This document shows, one piece after another, positions 29,858 to 39,775 of a stretch of 64,000 nucleotides of DNA. Location: contig JBGARZ010000002.1 in NCBI GenBank assembly GCA_044229975.1, positions 928,001-992,000 of the forward strand, in the 5' to 3' direction. The translations under genes and the position numbers were made by a program. Position 1 is the first letter of the stretch. Every line of letters begins with the position of its first letter. The notes beneath the pieces were generated by a model that ran no database searches, had not been told where the DNA came from, and was given only the letters and a program-made list of their open reading frames with translations. The stretch is from Polyangiales bacterium (GTDB lineage: Bacteria > Myxococcota_A > Polyangia > Polyangiales > Ga0077539).

Positions 29858-31167
29858 GTCGGACGTCACGAATCCAGGGGTTCTACAAAGAGTCGGTCGA
29901 GTCGCGGCGTCGGCTGCTGGCCGAGGCGGCCGACCTCGACGGCGCCGAGCTCACGCGCGTGCTCTCGTGCGGCGGGCTCGACGTCACCACCGCCGACAAG
30001 ACCGTCGAAAACGTCATCGGCACCTACTCGCTGCCCTTCAGCGTCGGGCTCAACGCGCGCATCAACGAGCGGGACTTCCTCGTGCCCATGGTGGTCGAGG
30101 AGCCCTCGGTGGTGGCGGCCGCGAGCAACGCGGCGCGGATGATCCGCGAGGGCGGCGGGTTCAGCGCCGAGAGCGACCCGCCGTGGATGATCGCGCAGGT
30201 GCAGCTCTGGGAAGTCCCCGACGCCGAGCTGGCGCGTGAGCGAATCACGGCGGCGCGCGAGCGGCTGATGGCGATGGCCGACGCATCGGTCGAGGGCCTC
30301 GTGGCGCGCGGCGGAGGCGCGCGCGAGGTCGAGGTGCGTGACCTCGGCGACGGGCTTCTGGTGGTGCATGTGGTGGTGGATGTTCAGGACGCGATGGGGG
30401 CCAACCTGGTCAACACCGTGGCCGAGCGCGTCGCGCCCGAGATTGCGGCACTTGCAGGCGGGCGCGTCGGCCTGCGCATCCTCTCCAACCTCTGCGACCG
30501 TCGCTGCGTGCGGGTGAAGTGCCGGGTGCCCGCCGGGGTGCTCGCCACCGACGCGCTCTCGGGCGACGCGGTGCGCGACGGCATCGTGCTGGCATCGCGC
30601 TTCGCCGAGCGCGACCCCTACCGCGCGGCCACCCACAACAAGGGGATCATGAACGGCGTCGACGCCGTGGTGATGGCGACGGGCAACGACTGGCGCGCCA
30701 TCGAAGCAGGCGCCCACGCGTATGCGGCGCGCGACGGGCGCTACGCCCCGCTGTGTACCTGGCGCACTGCCCCCGATGGCGCCCTCGAAGGAACCATGGA
30801 GATCCCACTCGCCTTCGGGGTCGTCGGCGGCACGCTGCGGGTGCACCCCTCGGCGCGGCTGGCGCTCAAGATCCTGGGCGTACGGTCGGCGCAGGAGCTG
30901 GCGATGGTGGCGGCCGCGGTCGGGATGGCCTCCAACCTGGCCGCCCTGCGGGCGCTCGCGACGGAGGGCATCCAGCGCGGGCACATGTCCCTGCACGCGC
31001 GGGGCGTGGCGATGGCGGCCGGGGCGCGCGGCGACGAGATCGAGCGGGTCGCGGCGACCATCGCGGAGGCGTGCGACGTGCGCCTGGAGAGCGCGAAGGC
31101 TGCCCTCGCCCGGCTGCGAGGCCCGACCACGACGACCGCCAAGATCGCGACGTCGGCGGGCGAATAG
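29854..31167 (+). CDS. mvaA: Class II hydroxymethylglutaryl-CoA reductase
   Basis: ENVIG, EEPSVVAA, DAMGANLVN, THNKGIMNG, EGIQRGHM. Confidence 0.95.
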   Translation: MSRTSRIQGFYKESVESRRRLLAEAADLDGAELTRVLSCGGLDVTTADKTVENVIGTYSLPFSVGLNARINERDFLVPMVVEEPSVVAAASNAARMIREGGGFSAESDPPWMIAQVQLWEVPDAELARERITAARERLMAMADASVEGLVARGGGAREVEVRDLGDGLLVVHVVVDVQDAMGANLVNTVAERVAPEIAALAGGRVGLRILSNLCDRRCVRVKCRVPAGVLATDALSGDAVRDGIVLASRFAERDPYRAATHNKGIMNGVDAVVMATGNDWRAIEAGAHAYAARDGRYAPLCTWRTAPDGALEGTMEIPLAFGVVGGTLRVHPSARLALKILGVRSAQELAMVAAAVGMASNLAALRALATEGIQRGHMSLHARGVAMAAGARGDEIERVAATIAEACDVRLESAKAALARLRGPTTTTAKIATSAGE

Positions 31168-31208
31168 GCTTTGGCGCGGCCGCGACCTCACCGATAGAGT
31201 GCCGACCG

Positions 31209-31643
31209 ATGATGTCCTTCGAGAGCTTTGTCCGGCTGGGCTGGAGCTTCTTCCGGACCGTGCTGCGGGGCGTGCTCCCGAGGCGGCCCCAGCTCCCGCG
31301 CTTCGAGGCGCAGTACCGACCCGATGGGGTGTTGAGCACCGAGCCCGCCGAAGTGGCGACTCAAGACGGGGCGGCGCGGTGTTTCGCGTGCGGCGCCTGC
31401 GACGTGGTCGCGCTGGAGCGTGGGGCGTTTGGCGCGCTCGGCCCGGCGGGGCCCATGGGCTTCGTGGTCGGAGTGTCGCGGCAGGCGGGGGTCGACCTCG
31501 GGGTGTCCGAAGGGGCCTCCGAGGCGCTGCTGGAGGCCCTCACGGCGGCCTGTCCGGTGGGCGTTCCCTTCGTGGCGCTGACCCACCTCGTGCGCCGTCG
31601 GCGCGCCGAGGCTGAACGTTACGCGATGGTCCCGGCATCGTAG
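31209..31643 (+). CDS. Small protein with a ferredoxin-type CxxCxxC plus distal CP motif (putative single 4Fe-4S)
   Basis: RCFACGACD ... ACPVGVPF. This is the 3' part of track ORF 30519..31643. Confidence 0.65.
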   Translation: MMSFESFVRLGWSFFRTVLRGVLPRRPQLPRFEAQYRPDGVLSTEPAEVATQDGAARCFACGACDVVALERGAFGALGPAGPMGFVVGVSRQAGVDLGVSEGASEALLEALTAACPVGVPFVALTHLVRRRRAEAERYAMVPAS

Positions 31644-31660
31644 CGGGTCACATCCCTCCC

Positions 31661-33208
31661 ATGGCCTCCACGATCGCCAGCCCGCCCGGTCCCTCGTTCG
31701 CCCGGCCGACCCGCTCCAGCCTCGCATCTCTCGTGGCGATCCTGGTGATCGGGTGCGTCTACATCGTCTACGGCACCGACCCGCTGCGGGCCGAGGCGCT
31801 CGTCCCGATGCTCTGCGAGTTCATCCTGTCGGTGCTCCTCCTGGGGGTCGCCATGGCCCGCAGCCCCCACGGCACGCTGCGCGTCAGCGACCCGTACCTC
31901 CTCTTCCTCGGGTTCGGCCTCAACTTCCTCGTCCTCCCCGGCATCGCCTGGCTGCACGGCGCCGACTACGAGCGTCGGTGGTTCGAGGCGGGCCGCATTC
32001 GCATCGACATCTTCGTGCGCCTCCAATGGATGCACATCCTCTTCCTGGGGGCCCTCAGCGCCGTGTACTTCGCGCTGGCCCCGCGGCACTCGGCCCCCGA
32101 GGAGATCACCCGCGCCAACAAGCCCTTGCCCAGCCCGTGGCCGTGGATCGCAGCGGGCCTGATCCCGCTCGCCTTCACCGTCGGCGAGCGCCTCATCACC
32201 ACCGGCTCCATCGTCGCAGCGCAAAACTATGGCGAGCTGTGGTTCCGCGATCAGGAGGAGCTGACGTCGGTGCAGCGCGAAGGCGGCAGCGCGCTCGCGG
32301 CGGCGCAGGTGCTCTCGAAGGTGTGGTTCCTCCCGTGGCAGGCGCTCGGCATCGGCGAGGGGCTCCTCCTCGCGAGGTTCATCCAACAGCGGCGCCGCGT
32401 CGCCATGCTCCTCTTCGCGCTCCAGCTCCCGATCTTCACGCTCCTCAACTCCGGGGGGCGCAGCATGATCGCGATCCCCTTCATCGCGGCGCTGCTCGTG
32501 GCTGACATGTTCGCGGGGCCCATCCGCTGGCGGTGGATCCTCGCCGTCGCGTTCCTCGCGCTCTCGTTCTTCAACGTGTTCGGCATCTACCGCTCGTACC
32601 GCGAGCGCGACTTCAACGAGGCGGTCGCCATGACCTCCGAGGAGTACGACCGGGGCCCCGCCACGCAGAGCAACACCGCGGAGGGCGACATCATGGTCAT
32701 CAAGGAGCACTACGGGGTCGCCTGGGTCGACGCCACCGACTACAGCCGCGGCGCGTCGTACTTCAGCGAGTCCGTGCTCGGGCTGCTCCCCCAGCAGATC
32801 GTCCCCGACAAGCTCACGTACATGCACACGCCCTACTTCCTCAGCCGCGAGCTGCTCGGCGCCGCGGCCGACCGGGGGTCGGGGCTCGCCGGCGCCATCA
32901 TCGTCGACGGGTACATGATCGGTCACGAGCTCGGCGTCCTGGTGCTGGCCCTCGTCCTGGGACTCGTGGCGGGCAGCATCGTGCGGCTGCTCTCGACCGG
33001 CCGGTCGAGCGAAGGGCGGCGACCGAGGCTGTGGCAGCCGGTGGTCCTCCTGTCGACGCCCGCCCTCGGCATCACCTTCTACCGCAACGACCTCACCGGC
33101 GTGCTCTCGACGGCGCTCACTACGGTGCTCCTCCCCGCGATGATCTTCGCGACGGCGGTCGCCTTCAGCCCCAACAGCCCGTGGGGGCAACCCATCGGTG
33201 AGCGCTGA
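31661..33208 (+). CDS. Polytopic membrane protein, O-antigen/oligosaccharide polymerase (Wzy)-like
   Basis: About 11 TM segments, GGRS after a TM, large periplasmic loop with YSRGASY..LLPQQIVPDK. Confidence 0.6.
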   Translation: MASTIASPPGPSFARPTRSSLASLVAILVIGCVYIVYGTDPLRAEALVPMLCEFILSVLLLGVAMARSPHGTLRVSDPYLLFLGFGLNFLVLPGIAWLHGADYERRWFEAGRIRIDIFVRLQWMHILFLGALSAVYFALAPRHSAPEEITRANKPLPSPWPWIAAGLIPLAFTVGERLITTGSIVAAQNYGELWFRDQEELTSVQREGGSALAAAQVLSKVWFLPWQALGIGEGLLLARFIQQRRRVAMLLFALQLPIFTLLNSGGRSMIAIPFIAALLVADMFAGPIRWRWILAVAFLALSFFNVFGIYRSYRERDFNEAVAMTSEEYDRGPATQSNTAEGDIMVIKEHYGVAWVDATDYSRGASYFSESVLGLLPQQIVPDKLTYMHTPYFLSRELLGAAADRGSGLAGAIIVDGYMIGHELGVLVLALVLGLVAGSIVRLLSTGRSSEGRRPRLWQPVVLLSTPALGITFYRNDLTGVLSTALTTVLLPAMIFATAVAFSPNSPWGQPIGER

Positions 33209-33240
33209 CATCGCCCGTGGATGGTGTACGGTCCGCCGCC

Positions 33241-34161
33241 GTGAAGCTGAGGGTCCGATCGCTGTCGCGGCGCTACGAGGGGGTCACCGCGCTCGATGAC
33301 GTGTCGATGACCATCCCGGAGGGGCGCACGGCGCTCCTCGGCCCCAACGGCGCGGGCAAGTCGACCCTGCTCAAGTGTGTGCTGGGTCTCGTCCGGCCCA
33401 CCTCCGGAGAGATCGAGGTGCTCGGCATCGACCCGCGGCGTGACCCGCTCGGGGTGCGCGCCCGCATCGGGTATATGCCCGAAGACGACGCCCACCTGCC
33501 CGACCTCACGGCCGTCGAGCTGTGCGCCTACGGGGCCGAGCTCGCCGGGCTCCCACCGCGCGAGGCCATCGACCGCGCTCACGCCGCGCTCTTCTACGTC
33601 GGCATCGACGACAAGCGGTACCTCCCGGTGCAGGGCTACTCCACCGGCCTGCGCCAGCGCGCCAAGCTCGCCGCGGCCCTCGTCCACGACCCCGACCTGC
33701 TCTTCCTCGACGAGCCCACCAACGGGCTCGACCCCGCCTCGCGCGAGGAGATGCTCTCGCTCATCGCCGACATCCACACCCGCCGCGGGTGCAGCGTCGT
33801 GCTCTCCACCCACCTCCTCTCGGACGTCGAGCGCGTGTGCGACCACGTCGTGGTGCTCGGCGGCGGCAAGGTGCTCGCCGACGCTCCGTTGGACGAAGTG
33901 CTCGGCCGCAGCGACGGGCGATTCCTCGTGCGCGTGAAGCCCGTGGCCGATCGCATGGCGGCCTTCGAGGCGGCGCTCCGCGACCTCGGCTGCACCTGCG
34001 AAGAGTCCGGCGACGCGCGGGGCGAGTGGGTCGTGCGATCGACCGCCACCGACGACCCCTCGGCCATCTGGGAGGCCGCCCTCCGCGCGGAGGTGCAGGT
34101 GCGCCACCTCGCGCCGCGCCGTGCATCCCTCGACGACGCCTTCCTCCGCCTGCTCGCCTGA
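33241..34161 (+). CDS. ABC-2 type transporter ATP-binding protein
   Basis: GPNGAGKST, YSTGLRQR, LFLDEPTNGLDP, STH. Alternative GTG start at 33217. Confidence 0.93.
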   Translation: MKLRVRSLSRRYEGVTALDDVSMTIPEGRTALLGPNGAGKSTLLKCVLGLVRPTSGEIEVLGIDPRRDPLGVRARIGYMPEDDAHLPDLTAVELCAYGAELAGLPPREAIDRAHAALFYVGIDDKRYLPVQGYSTGLRQRAKLAAALVHDPDLLFLDEPTNGLDPASREEMLSLIADIHTRRGCSVVLSTHLLSDVERVCDHVVVLGGGKVLADAPLDEVLGRSDGRFLVRVKPVADRMAAFEAALRDLGCTCEESGDARGEWVVRSTATDDPSAIWEAALRAEVQVRHLAPRRASLDDAFLRLLA

Positions 34162-34168
34162 CGCCCCG

Positions 34169-35101
34169 ATGACCACGACGCCCGCACCCGCCGCATCGAC
34201 CTCGCCCGCGCCGCCCTCCGGCGCCGTGTATTCGCTCGCCTACAAGCGCTACGCGGGGGCGCGGCGCTCGCCCGCCTTCGCGCCGCTGGTCATCGCGCGC
34301 TACGCGCTCACGACGCAGCTCCGGCAGCGCGGCGTGAAGATCGTCCTGCTCCTCGGGCTGATGGTGCTCGCGCTCACCGCCGCCGTCATGGGCTTCAAGT
34401 GGGCGATCCCCACGGTCTTCGCCTCGGCCGGAGGTGAGGCCGTGGGCGGCGACCGTCTCGCGGCGATGCTTCGCGCGGGCGAGGCGGACGTCGCCTCGGT
34501 GGGCCTGCGGGTGCAGTTCCTCGCGACCTTTCTGCTGCTGCTCTGGTGTGGCGCCGGGGCCATCTCGGCCGACCTCGTGGCGGGCGCGTTTCAGTTCCAC
34601 TTCGCGCGGCCGGTGAGCCCGAAGGGCTACCTCCTGGGGCGGCTGCTCTCCTCGTCGGGCTGGGCCTTCGCGCTCTCGGCGCTCACCGTCTCGGTGCTCG
34701 CCATCGAGCGCCTCGCGTTTCAGTCGACCCCCTTCGGCGCGGCGCGCGCCGGCGCCGTCGCCCTCGCCGCGGTCGCGATGCAGGTCACGGTGCTCGCCTC
34801 CCTCGCGCTCGGTCTCTCCTCGCTCACGCGCCGCAAGGGGCTCGCGCAGGCCATGTTCGCCGCGGTCGTGCTCGCGACCTACGCGGTGTGCGGAGTCGTC
34901 GGCGAGGCGACCGACGTGACCTGGGTCGGCACCCTCGATCCCTACGGGTGCGTCGTCGCGATGGTCAATCAGTTCCACGGAACGCTCCGCCTCACGGGCG
35001 CCCGCGCGGCGATTCCCGCGGCGGCGGCGGCGGGCTGGACGGCCCTCTCCCTTGGCCTCGCGACGTGGCAGCTCTCGCGCGCGGAAGTGAACCGCGGATG
35101 A
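34169..35101 (+). CDS. ABC-2 type transporter permease
   Basis: Six TM segments, ISADL..FHFARPVS..YLLGR motif, located between ATPase genes. Confidence 0.85.
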   Translation: MTTTPAPAASTSPAPPSGAVYSLAYKRYAGARRSPAFAPLVIARYALTTQLRQRGVKIVLLLGLMVLALTAAVMGFKWAIPTVFASAGGEAVGGDRLAAMLRAGEADVASVGLRVQFLATFLLLLWCGAGAISADLVAGAFQFHFARPVSPKGYLLGRLLSSSGWAFALSALTVSVLAIERLAFQSTPFGAARAGAVALAAVAMQVTVLASLALGLSSLTRRKGLAQAMFAAVVLATYAVCGVVGEATDVTWVGTLDPYGCVVAMVNQFHGTLRLTGARAAIPAAAAAGWTALSLGLATWQLSRAEVNRG

Positions 35102-36036
35102 GCGCCGTGCTCGACGTCGTCGGCGTCTCCAAGTGGTACGGCCCCGTGTTGGGTCTGCGTGACGTGAGCCTCAAGGTGGGCCCCGGCATCACCGGGCTCC
35201 TCGGGCCCAACGGCGCGGGCAAGTCCACGCTGCTCAAGTGCTTCACGGGGGAGATCCAGCCGAGCCGCGGCGAGGTGCGCATCTTCGGGCGGCGCGTGCC
35301 CGACCCGGAGGTCTACCGCCGGCTCGGGTACGCGCCCGAGATCGAGGTGTTCTTCGAGGAGCTCACGGCCAGGGAGTTCGTCTCGCACCTGGCCGAGCTC
35401 TCCGGGGTCGCGCGCTCCGCGGCCGACTCGCGCGCCACCGCCGTGCTCCAGCGCGTCGGCCTCGAGTCGGCGATGAACCGTCGCATCAGCACCTTCTCCA
35501 AGGGCATGCGGCAGCGCACCAAGCTGGCCCAGGCGATCCTGCACGAGCCCGATCTGGTGCTGCTCGACGAGCCCATGACGGGCCTCGACCCGCTGGCGCG
35601 CGCGCAGATGGTGACGCTCATCCAGTCCCTCGGCGCCGAGGGGCGCACCGTGATCGTGTCGAGCCACATCCTCGATGAGGTGGAGACCATGACCAGGGAG
35701 ATCGTCGTGCTCTACCAGGGCCAGCTCCTCGCGCAGGGCGACCTGCACGCCATCCGCGGCCTCATCGACCGTCACCCCCACCACATCGCCCTCACCACCC
35801 CGAAGCCCCGCGCCCTCGCGGCGGCGCTGGCCGCGCAGCCCTTCGTCGCGGCCATCCGCTTCGTCGGCGACGATCAGCTCACCGTCGAGACCCGCGAGCC
35901 CGACGCCTGCTACTCCGCCATCCCCCGCCTCGCCCGCGAGAGCGGTGCGCCGCTGCTCGCGCTCACCTCGCCCGACGACAACCTGGCGGCGGTGTTTCGC
36001 TACCTCACGCAGGGCGCGCGCGGAGGTTCGGCGTGA
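35098..36036 (+). CDS. ABC-2 type transporter ATP-binding protein
   Basis: GPNGAGKST, FSKGMRQR, LLDEPMTGLDP, SSH. Confidence 0.93.
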   Translation: MSAVLDVVGVSKWYGPVLGLRDVSLKVGPGITGLLGPNGAGKSTLLKCFTGEIQPSRGEVRIFGRRVPDPEVYRRLGYAPEIEVFFEELTAREFVSHLAELSGVARSAADSRATAVLQRVGLESAMNRRISTFSKGMRQRTKLAQAILHEPDLVLLDEPMTGLDPLARAQMVTLIQSLGAEGRTVIVSSHILDEVETMTREIVVLYQGQLLAQGDLHAIRGLIDRHPHHIALTTPKPRALAAALAAQPFVAAIRFVGDDQLTVETREPDACYSAIPRLARESGAPLLALTSPDDNLAAVFRYLTQGARGGSA

Positions 36037-36761
36037 GCGCGGCCCTCTCCATCGCGCGGGTGTCGGTGCTGCGGGCCGTTCGTCGGCCGAGCTCGTGGTG
36101 GCTCTCGGCGCTCGCCTTCCTCCCGGCGCTCCTCGGCGGGTGGCTCGGGTCGACCGGACACGACGCGCTCTCGCTCGGCGCGCCGCTCCTCATCGGGGTC
36201 GCGGCGCCGCTGCTGGTGGTGCCGTGGGTGGCGGGCGTGCTGGGCGAAGCCTTCGAGCGGCGCACGGTGGTGTATTGGTTCGTGCGCCCGATGTCCCGGC
36301 CTGTCGCGCTGCTGGGCGAGTGGCTCGGCTCCTTCGCGGTGGTGGGCCTCGTGCTCGCCCTCGGCGGCGCCATGCTCGCCGTCGCCAACGCCGTGACGGG
36401 CAACGCCGCGGCCTCGTCGCTGCTCCGGCTCCCGGTGGCGATGCTGGCCGAAGCCGCCGCCCTCGCGGGCTTCTCCGTCGGCGTCGGAACGCTCGCCCCC
36501 AGGCAGCCCGTCTCCGTCGCCGTGGGCCTGCTCGCGGTGACCGAGGTGGCGCTCCCCGCGCTGTGGGGTCCCCTCCAGACGGTGTCGCTCGCGCGGCAGG
36601 TCTCGACCCTCGCGGGCGTCGACAGCGGCGCGCTGCTCGGCAGCCTCACCGGGTCGGCCCCGTCCCCCTCGGTGCCCGTCGCGCTCCTCGTCGTCGCGCT
36701 CTTCGCGTTGGTGCCCATGGGGCTCGGCATGCGCGCCGTCGTCGACCGCGACCTCGCCTGA
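36033..36761 (+). CDS. ABC-2 type transporter permease
   Basis: Six TM segments, EAFERRTVVYWFVRPMSR motif. Confidence 0.85.
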   Translation: MSAALSIARVSVLRAVRRPSSWWLSALAFLPALLGGWLGSTGHDALSLGAPLLIGVAAPLLVVPWVAGVLGEAFERRTVVYWFVRPMSRPVALLGEWLGSFAVVGLVLALGGAMLAVANAVTGNAAASSLLRLPVAMLAEAAALAGFSVGVGTLAPRQPVSVAVGLLAVTEVALPALWGPLQTVSLARQVSTLAGVDSGALLGSLTGSAPSPSVPVALLVVALFALVPMGLGMRAVVDRDLA

Positions 36762-36825
36762 CCCGTCGTCCGCCGCCCCCCATCGCGACGCAACACACTT
36801 TCCCCAAAGGAGCCCCGCACCGACC

Positions 36826-37299
36826 ATGAGCCTCGCCATCGGACAGCCCGCCCCCAACGCCTCCGGAACCCTCCCTGACGGGTCGACCTTCTCCGTCCAC
36901 GGCGCCCGCGGCCGCACGCTGGTTCTCTTCTTCTACCCGAAGGACTTCACCGGCGGATGCACCAAGGAAGTCTGCGGCTTCCGCGACGCCTTCGGCGAGC
37001 TGAGCGGCGAAGGCGGAGCGCGCGTCGTGGGCGTGAGCCGCGACGACGTGGAGACCCACAAGCGCTTCATCGCCGCCCACAACCTCCAGTACGAGCTCAT
37101 CGCCGACCCGGAAGGGGAGATGGCCACGGCCTTCCAGACCCTCCGCTTCGGCGGGCTCTTTCCGCTCCAGAAGCGCATCACCTACGTCATCGATGCGCAG
37201 GGCATCATCCGCGGGATTTTTCACCACGAGCTCGCGGTGAACTCCCACGTGGAGGACGTCCGGCGCTGCCTCGCGACGCTCCCGAAGGCGTCCGCGTAG
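36826..37299 (+). CDS. bcp: Peroxiredoxin, BCP/PrxQ subfamily
   Basis: FFYPKDFTGGCTKEVCGFRD, VVGVSRD, RITYVID. AGGAG RBS. Confidence 0.92.
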   Translation: MSLAIGQPAPNASGTLPDGSTFSVHGARGRTLVLFFYPKDFTGGCTKEVCGFRDAFGELSGEGGARVVGVSRDDVETHKRFIAAHNLQYELIADPEGEMATAFQTLRFGGLFPLQKRITYVIDAQGIIRGIFHHELAVNSHVEDVRRCLATLPKASA

Positions 37300-37324
37300 C
37301 CCCCGCCGTGGTGATGGCCGTCGC

Positions 37325-38863
37325 GTGACCGGGAGCGTTCCTCGCCGAGCGCGCGCGACCGTCTTCGCCGTGCTCGCCTTCGTGGCGGCGGGCCTCATCG
37401 GCCTCGACGCCACGCCCCGGATGTTCGGCGACGAAGCCTGGTACGCGATGCCGACGGTCTCGCTGCTCCACGAGGGTACGCTCCGCCTCGCGGCGCTGGA
37501 GGGTCGCGGCGGCGTCGAGATCGCCTACCTCCAACCGAAGATCGTCCCCAACCTTCTGGCGGCTCCCGTGGTCGCGCTCGCGGGCGTCAGCCTGTGGGCG
37601 TTTCGACTGACGGCGCTGCTCTGTGGCGCCGCGGCCCTCCTCGGCGTCGACGCCCTCGCGCGCCGTCGCTTCGACGCCACCACCGGCTCCGTCGCCACCG
37701 TCGCCCTCATGAGCGGCTATTGGTTCTTCGCCTGCGCGCGCTGCTTCCGGCCCGAGGTGTTCGAGCTCACGGCGCTGGTGTGGTTCGCGTATGCCTTCGA
37801 CCTCGCCCTCGACACCCGTCGCACCGTCGCCGTCGTCGGAGCCGGCCTCACGGCAGCCGCCGCGTGCCTCACCCATCAGACCGCTGCTGCACTCGTCGGC
37901 GTCCTCGCGCTTGCGCTCGTCGTCGACACGCCCATCGATCGGTCGCGCCTCCGCTCGGCCGCGCTCGTGGCGCTCGTCGCCCTGCTCGCGCTGACGCCCT
38001 TCGGTCTCTACGTCGCCTTCGCGTCGCGGCAACCCGGCGTCTCGACGCACCTTCAGTTCGCCGGCGAGGCCGACGAGCGGCTCTCCACCCTCACCGGCGT
38101 CATCCACTTCGAGCTCCTCCGCTGGCGCTCGTACTTCCTGTGGCCCTACGGCGCCACCTCCGCGCTCGTCGCCCTCTTCGTCGTCGCCCGCGCGATCGCT
38201 CGACCCACCCGCGCCCGCACGTTCGCCCTCGTCGTCGTCGCCGCGACCGTCGCCTTCGGCGCGCTCATCCCCATCCTGAGCGGGCGCTACCTCGCGGTGC
38301 TCGCCCCCTTCCTTGCCATCCTCGTCGCGCGCGAGCTCGTCACCCTCTGGCGCGCCGGATCCCGCCCCGCCGCCCTCGCCCTCGCGCTCGCCTTCAGCGG
38401 CCCCTCCGTCGCCACCATCGCGGGCACCGCGCTGCTGCACCGCGACGCCTCCCACGCGCGGGTCATCCGCTTGCTGCGGGCCATCACGGGCGACGCCCCG
38501 ACGGCCGGGCCCGTTGCGTTCTGGCTCGGCTACCACGACGTGCCGTACGCCGTGACCAACGTCGCGCCCGACTTCGTCCGCCGGTCGCCGCGCGACGCCC
38601 CGTGGCTCGCCCCGCGCCTCGCTCGCCTGCGACCGCGCTACCTGCTGGAGACCACGACCACGCTCCAGGCCACCGACGGCCTCGGCGCGCGACCGACGAC
38701 CTTTCCCCGCACGGCCCTCGGCGACCTGGCCGCCTCCGTCGGAAGCCTCGTCGCCGTCATCCCGTCGCGGGATTTCGGCCCGATCCGCGTGTGGCGGGTC
38801 GACCCGTCGCGCCTCGCCGGTGCACCATCGCGCGCCGTGTCCCCTTCCGCCGCGCGCTGGTGA
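37325..38863 (+). CDS. GT-C fold glycosyltransferase (ArnT/PMT, family 39/83-like)
   Basis: First loop GDEAWY, FRL after TM, RCFRPE, LTHQ, many TM helices. Confidence 0.75.
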   Translation: MTGSVPRRARATVFAVLAFVAAGLIGLDATPRMFGDEAWYAMPTVSLLHEGTLRLAALEGRGGVEIAYLQPKIVPNLLAAPVVALAGVSLWAFRLTALLCGAAALLGVDALARRRFDATTGSVATVALMSGYWFFACARCFRPEVFELTALVWFAYAFDLALDTRRTVAVVGAGLTAAAACLTHQTAAALVGVLALALVVDTPIDRSRLRSAALVALVALLALTPFGLYVAFASRQPGVSTHLQFAGEADERLSTLTGVIHFELLRWRSYFLWPYGATSALVALFVVARAIARPTRARTFALVVVAATVAFGALIPILSGRYLAVLAPFLAILVARELVTLWRAGSRPAALALALAFSGPSVATIAGTALLHRDASHARVIRLLRAITGDAPTAGPVAFWLGYHDVPYAVTNVAPDFVRRSPRDAPWLAPRLARLRPRYLLETTTTLQATDGLGARPTTFPRTALGDLAASVGSLVAVIPSRDFGPIRVWRVDPSRLAGAPSRAVSPSAARW

Positions 38864-39765
38864 CTGCGTTGTCCCCCACCGTCGATCAGCTCAAGACCTT
38901 CCTCGCCATCGCCGAGAGCCTCAGCTTTCGGGCGGCCGCGCGCTCGCTCGTCGTCGCCCCGGCCGTGGTCAGCGAGCGCATCCGCCAGCTCGAAGCGACC
39001 CTCGGCGCCTCGCTCTTCCGTCGCACCACCCGCTCCGTCGTGCTCACCGCGCAAGGCCAGTCGCTCGTCCCCTACGCGCGCCGCGCCGTCGAGGCGATGC
39101 TCGACTGCACCCACGTCGCCGGAGGTCACCTGCCGCCGCCGCGCGCGGAGCTGGTGCTCGGCGTCGAGCCCGAGGCCGCGGCCCGCTGGATCGCCCCGCT
39201 GCTGTCACGCTGGTCGCGGTTGCGCCCCGACCTGACCGTGCACCTCCACGTGGGCGACGGCGATGCGCTGCACGCGGCGCTGCTCCGCCAGCAGATCGAC
39301 GCCGCGGTGCTGGGCCCCGCGCACCGCGACCCACGGGTGCTCTCCATCGCGCTCGTGGCCATCGCGTCGCGGATGGTCGCCGCGCCATCGCTGCTCCGCC
39401 GTCAGCCCGTCCGGGTCACCGAGGACGTCGCGACGCTCACGCTCCTCGACCGCTCGCCCGCCCTCCCCGGCCTGCGCCCGTGGCTCGACGCCGCGCCGGC
39501 GCGGTTGCGCGAGGTGCGCTTCGGTCGGGTGCTGCACCTCGGGAGCCTTGCGGCCATCGAGCGGGTGACCCTCGACGGCGGCGGCGTGGCGGTGCTCCCC
39601 ACCCCGATGGTCGCCGCGCATGTGGAGGCCGACACGCTGCGACCGGTGTTTGGCGCCGTGCACGCCTCCACGCCGCAGCACCTCGCGGCGCGCCTCGACG
39701 ACGCCCGTCGGCCCCTCTTCGAGTCGCTCGCGGCGCTGCTGCGCGAGTCACCGTGGGTCGCCTGA
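38860..39765 (+). CDS. LysR-family transcriptional regulator
   Basis: QLKTFLAIAESLSFRAAA..VSERIRQLEATLGASLFRRTTRSVVLT. GTGA overlap with the previous gene. Confidence 0.93.
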   Translation: MTALSPTVDQLKTFLAIAESLSFRAAARSLVVAPAVVSERIRQLEATLGASLFRRTTRSVVLTAQGQSLVPYARRAVEAMLDCTHVAGGHLPPPRAELVLGVEPEAAARWIAPLLSRWSRLRPDLTVHLHVGDGDALHAALLRQQIDAAVLGPAHRDPRVLSIALVAIASRMVAAPSLLRRQPVRVTEDVATLTLLDRSPALPGLRPWLDAAPARLREVRFGRVLHLGSLAAIERVTLDGGGVAVLPTPMVAAHVEADTLRPVFGAVHASTPQHLAARLDDARRPLFESLAALLRESPWVA

Positions 39766-39775
39766 GCGATCGCGC

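Noticed and set aside
37594..38859. Long N-terminal extension of the LysR ORF (723 aa in the track)
   Set aside because: It is an off-frame overlap with the glycosyltransferase gene. The LysR HTH starts at GTG 38860.
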